Shown: positions 44,069 to 55,001 of the stretch, in pieces | Layout: each line of letters starts with the position of its first letter | Numbering within the stretch: position 1 is the stretch's first letter | DNA from: Nitrososphaerales archaeon | GTDB lineage: Archaea; Thermoproteota; Nitrososphaeria; Nitrososphaerales; UBA213 | DNA: 64,000 nt | Reading direction: 5' to 3' | Assembly: GCA_965197925.1 (NCBI GenBank) | Contig: CBDAOC010000018.1 | Location: forward strand, 256,001-320,000 | Translations under genes and position numbers: made by a program | The notes under the pieces: model-generated | What the model saw: only the letters and a program-made list of their open reading frames with translations | What the model was told of the DNA's origin: nothing | The model's database searches: none

Positions 44069-45043
44069 TTAATCTACAATTAGACCATCGTATTCTATTT
44101 TTGCCACAAAACCTCTATATCTTTTCATGAATTTCATTATCTTTTTCTTACAATGCTTGCTTGTTAACACTATAATACATCCACCACCACCAGCACCAGT
44201 TATCTTAGCGCCCAAGGCTCCATTTTTCAAAGCATTTTGTACTAAATTGTCTAACACAATTCTAGAAACACCTAATCTAGATAACAGACCATGGTTTAAG
44301 GTCATAAGCAAACCAATTTCTTTATAATCTTGATCATTTAACGCTTTTAGTCCACATAAAGTAATCTTTTCACTCTTGGTAGCCAAATCCATAAAGAGGT
44401 CATTATTTCTTTCATGCTTTTGTTCAACTCTGGAAACCACCTTACCCGTGGTTCTTCTTATTCCTGAATTGAGAAGAATCAACTGCAAATCAATCTCTGA
44501 ATTAATAGGTTTCACACTCTTATTTTTGGTGTATAACATAAGCCCGCCATAAGTACAAATTGCAGAGTCTGCCCCAGATGGATTCCCATGAACCATTTTT
44601 TCTGTATTTAATGATATATCACAGATTTTCTTCTTGCTTAACTGCCCAAAAAGCGCTCCTACGGCGCCTATGGTTCCTACAGAACAAGCCGCAGATGATC
44701 CGAGGCCTACACCCTGTTGAAATTCAGATCTGATACTTATGTCGAGTCCAACATTAGCATTAAATTCATTCATAGTATCAGTAGCGGCTGTCAGTATCGA
44801 TTGTGCTAACGATTTAAAAGGTCTAGTCTGTATTTGCCTCCGTTCTTTCTGATCGAAAGAACCAGCAAAATCTATATTTGATTTAATTACAATTCTATCA
44901 TCTTTTCTTATTTTAACATCAACATGAACTTTCTTATCAATCGAAGCCAATATTGCCGGTTTACCGTAGACCACAAAATGTTCTCCAAATAATATTACTT
45001 TAGCAGGTGCAATCGCTCTTGCATGATTTTTTATGGGATTCAT
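44069..45043 (-). CDS. mvk: mevalonate kinase
   Basis: Motifs PAKVILFGEHFVVYG, GLGSSAA, HGNPSGAD, GAGGGG. Confidence 0.95.
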   Translation of the reverse strand: MNPIKNHARAIAPAKVILFGEHFVVYGKPAILASIDKKVHVDVKIRKDDRIVIKSNIDFAGSFDQKERRQIQTRPFKSLAQSILTAATDTMNEFNANVGLDISIRSEFQQGVGLGSSAACSVGTIGAVGALFGQLSKKKICDISLNTEKMVHGNPSGADSAICTYGGLMLYTKNKSVKPINSEIDLQLILLNSGIRRTTGKVVSRVEQKHERNNDLFMDLATKSEKITLCGLKALNDQDYKEIGLLMTLNHGLLSRLGVSRIVLDNLVQNALKNGALGAKITGAGGGGCIIVLTSKHCKKKIMKFMKRYRGFVAKIEYDGLIVD

Positions 45044-45873
45044 GTAAAGATTATCGATCCGTAACCAACTACGGAATCCTTTTTATCAGTAATATCACCG
45101 CTTGTTGCATATTTCATTAATTCACCTTTCTTTGCTCCAAGAATTTTCGCAGCAAACATAACTGAGGCAATTGCTCCATATCCACATGTTGAAACTCGCA
45201 GTTTTCTTAACACCGTGTAAAATTTGTTAAGATCTAGGTCAAGTATAGTCTTAATCAATTCATTATCCTTCCTGTAGGCTACTTCATTGGGTTCATAGTG
45301 TGTAAAATCAGAAGAAGCTATTAAAAGAGCGTTTCTATCCTTGCAAATTTCAGCTATTGCTTTTCCTACGTCTGAAGCGGTTTCCATATCCTGCATCCAC
45401 ATAATTATTGGTAGTATTTTGAAATTTTCATAAACGAATTGTAGCATCGGTAACTGAACTTCTAAGCAATGATCTTCAGTGTGCGCAGAATCATCAATAT
45501 CTACTATTCCAGATATTTTCACAACACTCTCAGCGGCCCTGTCATCAACGCTTATAACACCTAAGGAAGTCTCCCAATAACACATACTCGTAGTTGCTAC
45601 ACCACTACCTATACCGTAGTGATTTGGCCCGATCATTATTACTATATCAGTGTTCAGAGACGACACTGCATAATATGAATGCGCAGCTACCGACCCTGAA
45701 TATGCATAACCTGCATGAGGGCAAACCATCCCAATTATTTTTCTTTCATTATCAGTAGGGGGTTTCTTTCGTGGTCCGTAAGGGTGTGTAAAACAATTTT
45801 CAATCATCTGTACTAATTCGTGCTTATTTGATGGATAAAATGATCCTGCTACGGCGGGTTTCCTAACCCGCAT
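45040..45873 (-). CDS. MEMO1 family protein (AmmeMemoRadiSam protein B)
   Basis: Motifs RKPAVAGSFYP, PHAGYAYSG, GPNH, SSDFTHY. Confidence 0.93.
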   Translation of the reverse strand: MRVRKPAVAGSFYPSNKHELVQMIENCFTHPYGPRKKPPTDNERKIIGMVCPHAGYAYSGSVAAHSYYAVSSLNTDIVIMIGPNHYGIGSGVATTSMCYWETSLGVISVDDRAAESVVKISGIVDIDDSAHTEDHCLEVQLPMLQFVYENFKILPIIMWMQDMETASDVGKAIAEICKDRNALLIASSDFTHYEPNEVAYRKDNELIKTILDLDLNKFYTVLRKLRVSTCGYGAIASVMFAAKILGAKKGELMKYATSGDITDKKDSVVGYGSIIFT

Positions 45874-45877
45874 AAAT

Positions 45878-46531
45878 TCAAGTTACCTCCTCCTCTGTCA
45901 ACTTGGTTTCAAAATCATCAATCACATATTCATTACCATTATAAACTATTTTATCTATAGGTTGTTCTTCAGGCTTTATTTTATTCAATCTGGCAAGAAC
46001 TTCCTTTGCTATAAGCCAATACACTGTAGCAAGAGCTTTTCGTCCTCTGTTATTAGCGGGTATTACAAGATCAACTTTTGACGTAACATTATCACTATTA
46101 GATATAGCTATAACGGGCAATCCTGCTCTCGTAGCCTCGAGCACTGCCTGCTCGTCCGCTTGAGGGTCGGTGACTAAGATAAGCCCAGGTTCCATGTAGT
46201 TGGGGAGTAAGGGATTGGTAAAAGTTCCAGGCATGAATCTTTCCAGTATTGGGGTAGCACCAGTAAGCTCGCAGAACTTCTGAACAGGCGTTTTACCATA
46301 TTCTCTAGCTGAACATACAGCCACCTTTAATAGTGGCATTCTAGAAATAAAGCTTGCCGTAACTTCAATTCTCTCAAGCGTTTGATTCATATCAAGTATG
46401 TATAATCCTTCAGGGTTGGTCTTTGTTATGAAAGGCAACATATACTTGGTCTTTACAGGTGTACCTACCCTTATACCTGTGGAAAGCAACATCTTTTCAA
46501 GCAGATTTTCCCCTTCAACGGCAGTCATCAT
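45878..46531 (-). CDS. rps2: 30S ribosomal protein S2
   Basis: Motifs RFMPGTFTNP and PANNRGRKAL. Confidence 0.95.
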   Translation of the reverse strand: MMTAVEGENLLEKMLLSTGIRVGTPVKTKYMLPFITKTNPEGLYILDMNQTLERIEVTASFISRMPLLKVAVCSAREYGKTPVQKFCELTGATPILERFMPGTFTNPLLPNYMEPGLILVTDPQADEQAVLEATRAGLPVIAISNSDNVTSKVDLVIPANNRGRKALATVYWLIAKEVLARLNKIKPEEQPIDKIVYNGNEYVIDDFETKLTEEEVT

Positions 46532-46555
46532 AACTCACTACATAATACACTAATT

Positions 46556-47794
46556 TTAAACTTCTGCCATACCATCTATCAACTTGGTCTCTGAAAGTCG
46601 TAACAATTCGTTCAACTTGGCTATCCTTTCTCCTCCCAAAACTCCAGTCTTGATCATTCTAGCCTCTGTTGCAATAGCTATATGGGCCAAATGATTATCG
46701 ATAGATTCGCCAGATCTGTGTGATGCTATTAACTTGACTTTATTTTCATTGCATTTTTTAGCAAAACACATTGCATCATGCAAACTGCCTGCCTGATTTA
46801 CTTTCAATATTGCGGCGTTACAAGCACCATGTTTAATGGCCTTGGTAAGTTTTCCCACATTGGTTACTAATAGATCATCACCTGTAACATATACATTCCT
46901 GAATCTCTTAGTCAATTCAGTCATTTCCTCAAAAGCTTCCTCATGCACTGGATCTTCTACGTAGATCAGTTTATAGTCTTTGATTATTTTTGAAACGAAT
47001 TCAACCTGTCTTGAAGGTGTAAGCTTCTTTCCTGAACGCTCATATACATACGCATTTGATTTTTCATTCCATAGAGAAGATGTGGCAAAATCAACACCTA
47101 TTGCAATATCCCTTCCAAGTTTGAACCCGCAATCATTACATGCATTCTCAACTGCATCCAAAGCATGTATATCGTTCATTCTAGGAGCCCATGCACCCTC
47201 ATCACCCCTTCCATAAGTAAATTCTTTATCCTTGCGTTGTATAATATTCTTAAGCTCCTTATGCACTTTAATATTCATTTCCAACGCCTTGTTGATCGAT
47301 TTGGCACCTATAGGTATGACAAGAAATTCTTGTATATCCGGTGTTCCAGGTCCAGCATGCGCACCTCCCCCCAAAACATTGCCCAGCGGGAAGGGAAATT
47401 TGTATGAACCATTTTTCCTTAACACTTTGAACATAGGTATATTCAAGGTTTTAGCAGCAGAATCTAGAGCGGCTAAACTTAACGCATATGCAACCGAACC
47501 ACCGACCTTACTATAATTACTTGTACCATCAATCATTCTTAATGTATCATAAATTGCTTTAGTATCAGAAGTGTCAAGTCCAATGAATCTGTTAGTATTA
47601 GATTTAAGCATTTGAAGTGCATATTCAGGTTGATTCTTTGGAAAACTTCTGACTTCATACTTACCGACGCTTGCGCCAGAAGGTGCACAAGCTCTACCAA
47701 GATGTTTCTTGTCCGTTATAACATCGACTTCTACTGTTTTTTGCCCTCTGCTATTGTAGCATATCCTTCCGACGACGGAAGTTAAGCTAGGCAT
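46556..47794 (-). CDS. eno: enolase
   Basis: Motifs NSRG..TVEV, PSGASVG, GDEG, SHRSGES. Confidence 0.95.
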   Translation of the reverse strand: MPSLTSVVGRICYNSRGQKTVEVDVITDKKHLGRACAPSGASVGKYEVRSFPKNQPEYALQMLKSNTNRFIGLDTSDTKAIYDTLRMIDGTSNYSKVGGSVAYALSLAALDSAAKTLNIPMFKVLRKNGSYKFPFPLGNVLGGGAHAGPGTPDIQEFLVIPIGAKSINKALEMNIKVHKELKNIIQRKDKEFTYGRGDEGAWAPRMNDIHALDAVENACNDCGFKLGRDIAIGVDFATSSLWNEKSNAYVYERSGKKLTPSRQVEFVSKIIKDYKLIYVEDPVHEEAFEEMTELTKRFRNVYVTGDDLLVTNVGKLTKAIKHGACNAAILKVNQAGSLHDAMCFAKKCNENKVKLIASHRSGESIDNHLAHIAIATEARMIKTGVLGGERIAKLNELLRLSETKLIDGMAEV

Positions 47795-47795
47795 A

Positions 47796-48044
47796 TTACT
47801 CTAACTCTGCCTGGACTTCCTGTTTTTTCCGTCTCAACGCCTCATAGTACGGAATAACTTGATGAATAGTTTCAACTGTTGAGACAAACATTCTTCTGCA
47901 GCAGTAGCGTCTAACACCAAGCTCATCCATCACTTTTGCAGAGTCCTCACCATTTTTAACTCTATTATCATATTTCTGAAATTTGTCCCCAACCAAACCT
48001 CCACAGCTGAAACATCTTACTGGAACTAACATATCATTACTCAA
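47796..48044 (-). CDS. rpoN: RNA polymerase subunit N (Rpo10)
   Basis: PVRCFSCG...RYCCRRM. Confidence 0.96.
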   Translation of the reverse strand: MSNDMLVPVRCFSCGGLVGDKFQKYDNRVKNGEDSAKVMDELGVRRYCCRRMFVSTVETIHQVIPYYEALRRKKQEVQAELE

Positions 48045-48085
48045 ATGAAGGCTTTATAAAAACCAATCATCGATCTAGTTTGACT

Positions 48086-48170
48086 GCGGGAGTCGCCCAG
48101 CATGGCCAAAGGCGCTAGACTGAGGCTCTAGTCTCTTAGGAGTACGTGGGTTCAAATCCCACCTCCCGCA
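48086..48170 (+). tRNA. tRNA-Leu(GAG)
   Basis: Anticodon arm CTAGA-CTGAGGC-TCTAG, long variable arm, T-loop TTCAAAT. Confidence 0.95.
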
Positions 48171-48345
48171 TCATTCTTACTACAATTATTTTAGGTTTTG
48201 TTAGAATCACAGTTTGAATATGCCTAAACACAGATTGTCTTTATGCTTGTATTGATCAGATAACAAATTTTATCGTTAGCAAAAGATTAGTGTTGAATTA
48301 GAAAATTTAGGTAAAATTTAAAAAATATCTCATCATATTAGACAT

Positions 48346-49263
48346 ATGAGAATATGTTCTTTCCTCCCTAGCGCTACTGAGATACTCTACGAATTGGATC
48401 TAGGGAACCATGTTGTTGGAGTAACCCATGCTTGTAATTTCCCCCCCGCCGCGAAAGGAAAGACTGTTGTAGTTAGAAGTGTTTTTGATGACTCTATTTT
48501 GACTAGTAAAGAAATCGATAATTTGATAGTTCAATTGGAGTGTGAAAGAAAGGATGTTTATGTAGTGGATGAATATGCGTTAAAAAACGCAGCTCCCGAT
48601 CTAATAATTGCACAGGGGTTATGTGACGTATGTTCACCACATAAGAAAGAACTTGACAGAGCAATGAATATTTTGAACAATAAACCTGAAGTCATTATGT
48701 TAAATCCTGACGATCTGGATGGAATAATTTTCTGTATTGGTGATATTGCTAAAAAAGTAGGAAAGGAGCAGAAGGGGAAGGAAATAATTGCATCACTGAT
48801 GAGGCGTATAGACAACATAAGTTCTAAAGCCAAGGCGGCACTGAATAAGCCGAAAGTGCTCTGCATAGAGTGGTTAGACCCATTGTTCACATCCGGTCAC
48901 TGGGTTCCACAAATGGTGGATCTCTCGGGAGGAATAAATGGTATTAGTAAAACAGGAGAAAGGTCGAGAAGGATGGAGTTGAGAGAAGTCATGGAATTCG
49001 ATCCCGATATAATAATTCTTATGCCCTGTGGTTTTAATATTGAGAGAACTATGAAAGAAATATGGCAAATAGAATGGATAGAGGAATGGAAGAACATTCG
49101 AGCAGTTAAGATGAAAGAAGTATACGCTACCGAAGCAAGTCCATACTTCAGCAGGCCGGGACCTAGGACTGTTGTTGGTATTGAAATACTAGCCAAGATA
49201 ATTCATCCAGAATTATTTACCGAACTAAAAGTTCCAGAGGATTCTTATACAAAAATTTATTGA
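48346..49263 (+). CDS. BtuF-like cobalamin/Fe-siderophore binding-protein family member
   Basis: Motifs RICSFLPSATEIL, VGVTHAC, EWLDP..GHW, FSRPGPR. No signal peptide. Confidence 0.85.
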   Translation: MRICSFLPSATEILYELDLGNHVVGVTHACNFPPAAKGKTVVVRSVFDDSILTSKEIDNLIVQLECERKDVYVVDEYALKNAAPDLIIAQGLCDVCSPHKKELDRAMNILNNKPEVIMLNPDDLDGIIFCIGDIAKKVGKEQKGKEIIASLMRRIDNISSKAKAALNKPKVLCIEWLDPLFTSGHWVPQMVDLSGGINGISKTGERSRRMELREVMEFDPDIIILMPCGFNIERTMKEIWQIEWIEEWKNIRAVKMKEVYATEASPYFSRPGPRTVVGIEILAKIIHPELFTELKVPEDSYTKIY

Positions 49264-51908
49264 TTTTTTTTGTTTTTTATACTAATTTGTGCGGCGGCTA
49301 TTAACGCTATAGGGATTCTATTTGGTGAAGTACTAACGTAGTTAAGATTTATAGTATCACAAAATGCAATTGAGTTGGGATTTCCTCCATGCTCACCACA
49401 TATACCGACTTCAAGATCCTCTTTAACACTTCTACCATGCTCTACTGCAATTTGCATGATTTTACCTACTCCCTTTGAATCCAAAGTTTGAAATGGATTG
49501 TCTGCGATAATTCCTTTCTCCAAGTAAAATGGTAAGAATTTTCCCTCTACGTCTTCCCTGCTAAAACTGAACACAGCTTGTGTAAGATCGTTTGTACCGA
49601 AACTAAAGAATTCTACTAATTCTGCAATTGAATCTGCAATCAAGCAAGCTCTAACTACCTCTATCATAGTTCCAAACTTTATACTCATCTTAGTTTGATG
49701 CTTTTGTTCAACTTCCTTCATTATTTTTTCATAAATTTTTTTTATCGTAACTAGTTCCTGTACACTTCCAACCTGCGGGATCATTATTTGTGGCTGAGCA
49801 TTAACATTCTGCTTGCTCAATTCATAAGTTGCTTCACAAATAGCCTTGATTTGCATTTCGTAAATTTCTGGAAAAGTTACTCCTAACCGAACTCCTCTAT
49901 GACCCATCATAGGATTGAACTCTGCCAATTCCCTAGCTCTTTCAAGCAGATTCTCCCTCCTTCTTCTTACAAGTGATTTCTTGTCGAATTTGTAGATCTG
50001 CGTTAGCAAGTCCTCTATTCTAGGAAGGAATTCATGCAATGGTGGATCTAATAATCTGAACGTAACAGGGTAGCCTTCCATTGCCTTCAATATAGCCTTG
50101 AAATCGGCCTTTTGCAAGGGCTTGAGATCATTCAATGCTTTCAATCTCTCCTTCTCTGATCTTGCCATGATCATCTTCACGAATAGAGCTAGGCGATCTT
50201 TGGTATTGAACATTCTTTCTGTTCTACATAAACCAATTCCCTCTGCGCCACGTTTCCTTGCAAGCGCAACACCGTCAGGGGTACTAGCATTGGCCCTAAT
50301 ACCAAGCCTCTTGATTTCTCTAGCCCAATCTAACATTTGCTCGAATTCTTTCCCAGTTTCTGGTTGTATTGTAGGTAATTCTCCGCGGTATACATTACCC
50401 GTAAGACCATCGATGGTGATAATAGAATTGGCTTTTACAATTGTCTTTCCAGCTATGAATCTATTGGTTTTATAATTGATCGATATATTGGAGCAGCCGA
50501 CTATGCATGGCTTACCCATACCTCGTGCAACTACTGCAGCATGTGAAGTCTTGCCACCCCTGCTTGTTAATATTCCATTAGATACGAAGAATGCTGAGAC
50601 ATCATCAGGTTTCGTTTCTTCCCTTACCAGAATCACATCATCTCCTCTCTTACCCATCTCCTCTGCTTTCTTTACATCAAATACCACTTTTCCAATCGCC
50701 GCTCCAGGTGAAGCTGATATCCCTACCGCAATTGGTTTTGCATTCACAATTGGATTAACTCTCTCGTGTAATATCTGCTTAAGCTGCTCTACATCAATTC
50801 GGAGTATCGCTTCTTCTTTGGTGATAAGACCTTCAATGGCCATATCAACAGATGTCTTTACCTCAGCAATTGCGTTCATCTTAGCCGGTCTGGTTTGTAA
50901 CAAGTATAACTTGTCGTGTTGTATCGTGAATTCAACATCTTGTGGCTCTCTGTAATGTTTCTCCAGATTTTGACCCGTTTGAAACAATTGTTTATAGGTT
51001 GTTGGCATCTTTGCTTCAAGTTTGTAGATCGGTTCTGGCGTTCTTACACCCGCTACAATATCCTCGCCTTGGGCATCGATCAGAAATTCTCCATAGAGTT
51101 TATTTTCACCAGTTTCTGGGTTTCTCGTAAATACAACCCCGGTAGCGCTGTTCTTACCCATGTTGCCAAATACCATAGTAATAATTGTAACAGCTGTTCC
51201 ATTTGATATATCTGAACTTATTTTGTAATATTTCCTATATTCGACTGCACGTTCACCCATCCAACTCCTGAATACAGCGTCTATAGCAAGTTCCAATTGC
51301 CGGTAAGGATCAGATGGAAATTTTTTTCCAGTATGTTTTTCACATATCTGTATAAACTTCTTAGTAAGCTCCTTCAACACATCTTCATCCAGTTCACTAT
51401 CAAATTGTATTTTTTTTTGCTTCTTGGTATCTTCCAGCAATTTTGAGAGAATATTCTCCTCAGCACCAAGAACTATTTTTCCAAACATCTGAACAAACCT
51501 CCGATAAGCATCCCATGCAAATCTTGGATTACTACTCTGTGTTATTAACCCCTGAATAGTATCATCGTTAAGACCCAGATTTAGAATCGTGTCCATCATT
51601 CCTGGCATGGATATTGAGGCACCTGAACGCACGGAGACCAGCAATGGGTTATTTTTATCTCCAAAAATCTTACCAGTAATCTTTTCCAGTCTCTTCACAG
51701 AAGTATGGACCTGTTCAATCAATTCCCGTGGCAATTTTCCGCCATTTTCGTAGAACCTATTACATACTTCTGTAGTAACTACAAAGCCTGGAGGAACTGG
51801 TAAACCCAATCTTGTCATTTCACATAAACCTGCACCTTTTCCTCCGAGTAGTTTCTTATCACTTCCATCACCTTCATCAAAGAAAAGGATAGACTGTGTT
51901 TCTAGCAT
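49257..51908 (-). CDS. ppdK: pyruvate, phosphate dikinase
   Basis: Motifs LGGKGA, SMPGMMDT, GGKTSHAA, FSFGTNDLTQ. Confidence 0.96.
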   Translation of the reverse strand: MLETQSILFFDEGDGSDKKLLGGKGAGLCEMTRLGLPVPPGFVVTTEVCNRFYENGGKLPRELIEQVHTSVKRLEKITGKIFGDKNNPLLVSVRSGASISMPGMMDTILNLGLNDDTIQGLITQSSNPRFAWDAYRRFVQMFGKIVLGAEENILSKLLEDTKKQKKIQFDSELDEDVLKELTKKFIQICEKHTGKKFPSDPYRQLELAIDAVFRSWMGERAVEYRKYYKISSDISNGTAVTIITMVFGNMGKNSATGVVFTRNPETGENKLYGEFLIDAQGEDIVAGVRTPEPIYKLEAKMPTTYKQLFQTGQNLEKHYREPQDVEFTIQHDKLYLLQTRPAKMNAIAEVKTSVDMAIEGLITKEEAILRIDVEQLKQILHERVNPIVNAKPIAVGISASPGAAIGKVVFDVKKAEEMGKRGDDVILVREETKPDDVSAFFVSNGILTSRGGKTSHAAVVARGMGKPCIVGCSNISINYKTNRFIAGKTIVKANSIITIDGLTGNVYRGELPTIQPETGKEFEQMLDWAREIKRLGIRANASTPDGVALARKRGAEGIGLCRTERMFNTKDRLALFVKMIMARSEKERLKALNDLKPLQKADFKAILKAMEGYPVTFRLLDPPLHEFLPRIEDLLTQIYKFDKKSLVRRRRENLLERARELAEFNPMMGHRGVRLGVTFPEIYEMQIKAICEATYELSKQNVNAQPQIMIPQVGSVQELVTIKKIYEKIMKEVEQKHQTKMSIKFGTMIEVVRACLIADSIAELVEFFSFGTNDLTQAVFSFSREDVEGKFLPFYLEKGIIADNPFQTLDSKGVGKIMQIAVEHGRSVKEDLEVGICGEHGGNPNSIAFCDTINLNYVSTSPNRIPIALIAAAQISIKNKKNQ

Positions 51909-52027
51909 ATGCGATCTCCATATTTACCTATTATCAATCTTTTGACAGAATTTTGTCTGTAATTGAATATTAAATAAATTTTACAGATTCGATAACATTA
52001 AACACGAAGAAGGTCTATAATTTTTAA

Positions 52028-52951
52028 TTGAATAAAAGAACTGAGTTTGGAGTAGTATTGGGCTCAAAGGCTTCACCTCACATTGTGAGAGAGGCCGCTA
52101 GAATTTGCGATGATTCTGAAATGAACTCTTTCTGGGTACCCGAGACAACAGAATATGGAGGATTTGCTATGCTTGGATACCTTGCAAGTCATACAAGAAG
52201 AATCATGCTTGGTTCAGGTATTGTTAATGTTTATAGCCGCTGTCCAAAGACCATCATGATGGAAGCAAAAAGTTTGTCCGAGCTAACCAATGGTCGATTT
52301 ATCCTCGGTATTGGAGCAAGTTCTCCGCCGATAATTGAACAATGGCATGGGATCAAATTTGAGAGACCTATTCATAGAATGGTTCAAGCAACCAAAATTT
52401 TACGAGAGGGGTATAATGGCTTAATTTACTGGGCTACGATTAACAAGCTAATGACCAATAATGCAGGTAAATTTGCCGACGGCGTCATTTTTTTTCTCAA
52501 ACCCATCAATGTTGTAAAGAAGTACACTGAGTACCTCAAAGGAAGAACAGGTCAAATAGCAAATAACAAAGCAAAGATTGTATCATTTATACCCACGTAT
52601 ATTTCGAATGATATAGTGAAGGCTAAAAATATGGCAAGAACTACTATTGCGGCATATGTTGGCGGAAGTCCATTTTATGGTCAACCAATTATAGAAGCAG
52701 GCTACGCTGAAAGTGTCAATAAAATAAGAGATGCTTGGTCATTAGGAAATCGCACTTTATCCATTAAAAGTGTTCCCGATGAATTGGTTAGCTCAATAGC
52801 AGCGGTAGGGGACGTAGATGAATGTATTTCTACTCTTAAGGATCATGCCAGAAGTGGCATTTGTAAAGTAGTTGCTACTTTTGATCTCAGAAGGCATCTA
52901 TATAACGAACAATTCTTAAACAATTTACGGAAGTTCAATGATAAACTTTAG
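52028..52951 (+). CDS. LLM-class (luciferase-like) flavin/F420-dependent oxidoreductase
   Basis: Motifs WVPE, LGSGIVNVYSR, GRFILGIGAS, ADGV. Confidence 0.85.
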   Translation: MNKRTEFGVVLGSKASPHIVREAARICDDSEMNSFWVPETTEYGGFAMLGYLASHTRRIMLGSGIVNVYSRCPKTIMMEAKSLSELTNGRFILGIGASSPPIIEQWHGIKFERPIHRMVQATKILREGYNGLIYWATINKLMTNNAGKFADGVIFFLKPINVVKKYTEYLKGRTGQIANNKAKIVSFIPTYISNDIVKAKNMARTTIAAYVGGSPFYGQPIIEAGYAESVNKIRDAWSLGNRTLSIKSVPDELVSSIAAVGDVDECISTLKDHARSGICKVVATFDLRRHLYNEQFLNNLRKFNDKL

Positions 52952-52960
52952 TGAGAACTA

Positions 52961-54073
52961 ATGACCGAATTTCTATCAATTTTATCAATAGCCACAAAAT
53001 TTCCACCCTTCAAATATTCAATAAAAGAATTTGTAGAATTTTTAAGCGACAGAATGACTGAGGCAGCAAAGGATTTTTTTATTAATTCACTTGGTATAAG
53101 CACGGTTTATCATTCCATAGATTACAATCAGATCGGCTTATCAGATGAACATTACGTTCTCCCTCACGTCAATTTAAGCGATCTCTACCTTGATGCCGCA
53201 AAAGAGTGTTTAGACAAAGCTATGGTAAGTGCAAAACAGGTGAAAAAGATAATAGTTATAAACGATAATCCGCAGACTCTAGATCCCTCGGTAACCAATG
53301 AACTTATGTGCCGATTACCCCTACCATCTGCCACCTTAGATTTTAATTTACAGGGACATGCATGTTCATCATTGACTAGAGCAATGCATATTGCAAATTC
53401 ACAATCAAATGAAGATTATTCTTTAGTTTTGATCGGGAATTATTACTCGCCTTGGTTCTTCGATATGACAAAACAGATAGAAATGGTATATGCTCCAAGT
53501 GAAATAAACTCAATAAAAAAAAGACGTAAGGACTTCAATACGTGCAATTATTTCCTTCAATTCAGTGATAATGCAACAGCACTCCTGATGTCTCATATGG
53601 AAGGTGGGCCCCTGAATGTGATCATGGATAGTATTACAACCAAAACCGGAGTAGAGTCCGATGATTACAAGACAGCAAGTCTTAAGATTATTCCAGATAA
53701 GAATAATCGAGTTATTTTCGATATGGATGTAAATACTAAGCATCTTAAACAACGGGTCAAGCAATTGAGCAGAGAAGCAAAAATGGAAACACTGAAAAAA
53801 TGTGGTATGATGGAAAATGACATTAAGTTATGGTCCCTTCATACAGGTGGTAAGGTGTATGTTGATGGGGTGAGGGAAGAATGTGGTATTAGCTATGACA
53901 AGTGTAAAATAACATATGATATTATGAATGAAATTGGAAATACAGGCGCTTCGAGTTCCTCAATCTTGATGATGAAAACTCTTGAAAGAAAGGTTTTAAA
54001 GAATAGAGAGATAGGTGGAGTACTAGACTTCGGTTGGGGTCCCAAAGCTGATGCTTTTCTGTACTATATCTAG
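52961..54073 (+). CDS. type III polyketide synthase / FabH-like condensing enzyme
   Basis: Cys-His-Asn triad in GHACSS, WSLHTGG and GNTGASS; also FSDNATA and FGWGP. Confidence 0.75.
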   Translation: MTEFLSILSIATKFPPFKYSIKEFVEFLSDRMTEAAKDFFINSLGISTVYHSIDYNQIGLSDEHYVLPHVNLSDLYLDAAKECLDKAMVSAKQVKKIIVINDNPQTLDPSVTNELMCRLPLPSATLDFNLQGHACSSLTRAMHIANSQSNEDYSLVLIGNYYSPWFFDMTKQIEMVYAPSEINSIKKRRKDFNTCNYFLQFSDNATALLMSHMEGGPLNVIMDSITTKTGVESDDYKTASLKIIPDKNNRVIFDMDVNTKHLKQRVKQLSREAKMETLKKCGMMENDIKLWSLHTGGKVYVDGVREECGISYDKCKITYDIMNEIGNTGASSSSILMMKTLERKVLKNREIGGVLDFGWGPKADAFLYYI

Positions 54074-54952
54074 ATTGGTATTATTCCTAATTACTTTTTC
54101 CAAAAAGAACTCTCCGGCTCTATAAGAACTTCTAAGCAGGGGCCCAGAAACTACGTACATGAATCCCATATCCTCTATACTTTCTTTAAGGGAATTAAAT
54201 ATTTGTGGTGAAACATATTGAACAACAGGATAATGTTTTGGAGTTGGTTGTAGGTATTGACCCAATGTCAATATATCTACTTCAGCTGCTCGTAGATCTT
54301 TCGCTGTCTGAATAACCTCCGCCTCCGTTTCTCCAAGACCAAGCATTATTGAAGATTTTGTGTAGATCTTAGAATTGAAATCTTTAACCTTTTTCAATAC
54401 CCATAATGATTGTTCATACAATGCTCTAGAATCCCTAATTTTCGACGTAAGTCTACTTACAGTTTCTATGTTATGGCTTATTACTTCTGGTTGAGCATCC
54501 ACTACCTTTTGTATTAAAACTTCATTCCCTCTGAAGTCAGGAATTAATGGTTCTACTATTGTTTTTGGACATAGTATTTTTACAGCCTTGATTGTTTTTG
54601 CAAAATTCTCTGCCCCTCCATCCTCCAAGTCATCTCTACAAACAGAAGTAATTACTACGTACCTTAATCCCCATTCTTTGATCGCCTTAGCCACCCTTTC
54701 GGGCTCTTCTGAATCAAGTGATGTAGGTGTACCACTTTTTACAGCACAAAATCTACAGCCTCGAGTACATATATCTCCCATGATCATAATGGTAGCTGTT
54801 CCAGTTCCCCAACATTCTGCTATGTTAGGACATCTTGCTTCTTCACAAACAGTACTAAGCTTCAGAGTTCTAAGAGTTTGTTTAACTCGTACATAATTCT
54901 CATCTGAAGGTATTCTCACTCTAAGCCACTCAGGTTTTCTAATTTTTTCCAT
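54023..54952 (-). CDS. lipA: lipoyl synthase
   Basis: RKPEWL, CEEARCPNIAEC, CTRGCRFC, RSSY. Start placed at MEKIRKP. Confidence 0.95.
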   Translation of the reverse strand: MEKIRKPEWLRVRIPSDENYVRVKQTLRTLKLSTVCEEARCPNIAECWGTGTATIMIMGDICTRGCRFCAVKSGTPTSLDSEEPERVAKAIKEWGLRYVVITSVCRDDLEDGGAENFAKTIKAVKILCPKTIVEPLIPDFRGNEVLIQKVVDAQPEVISHNIETVSRLTSKIRDSRALYEQSLWVLKKVKDFNSKIYTKSSIMLGLGETEAEVIQTAKDLRAAEVDILTLGQYLQPTPKHYPVVQYVSPQIFNSLKESIEDMGFMYVVSGPLLRSSYRAGEFFLEKVIRNNTNLDIVQKSISFGTPTEV

Positions 54953-55001
54953 TTCTTGATCAAGAAAGATACATAATAATAAGAGTTCACTTTTCACTTG
55001 A

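Noticed and set aside
48346..49263. BtuF-like protein without signal peptide or ABC partners
   Set aside because: Stand-alone members of this subfamily are common, so it is not unusual on its own.
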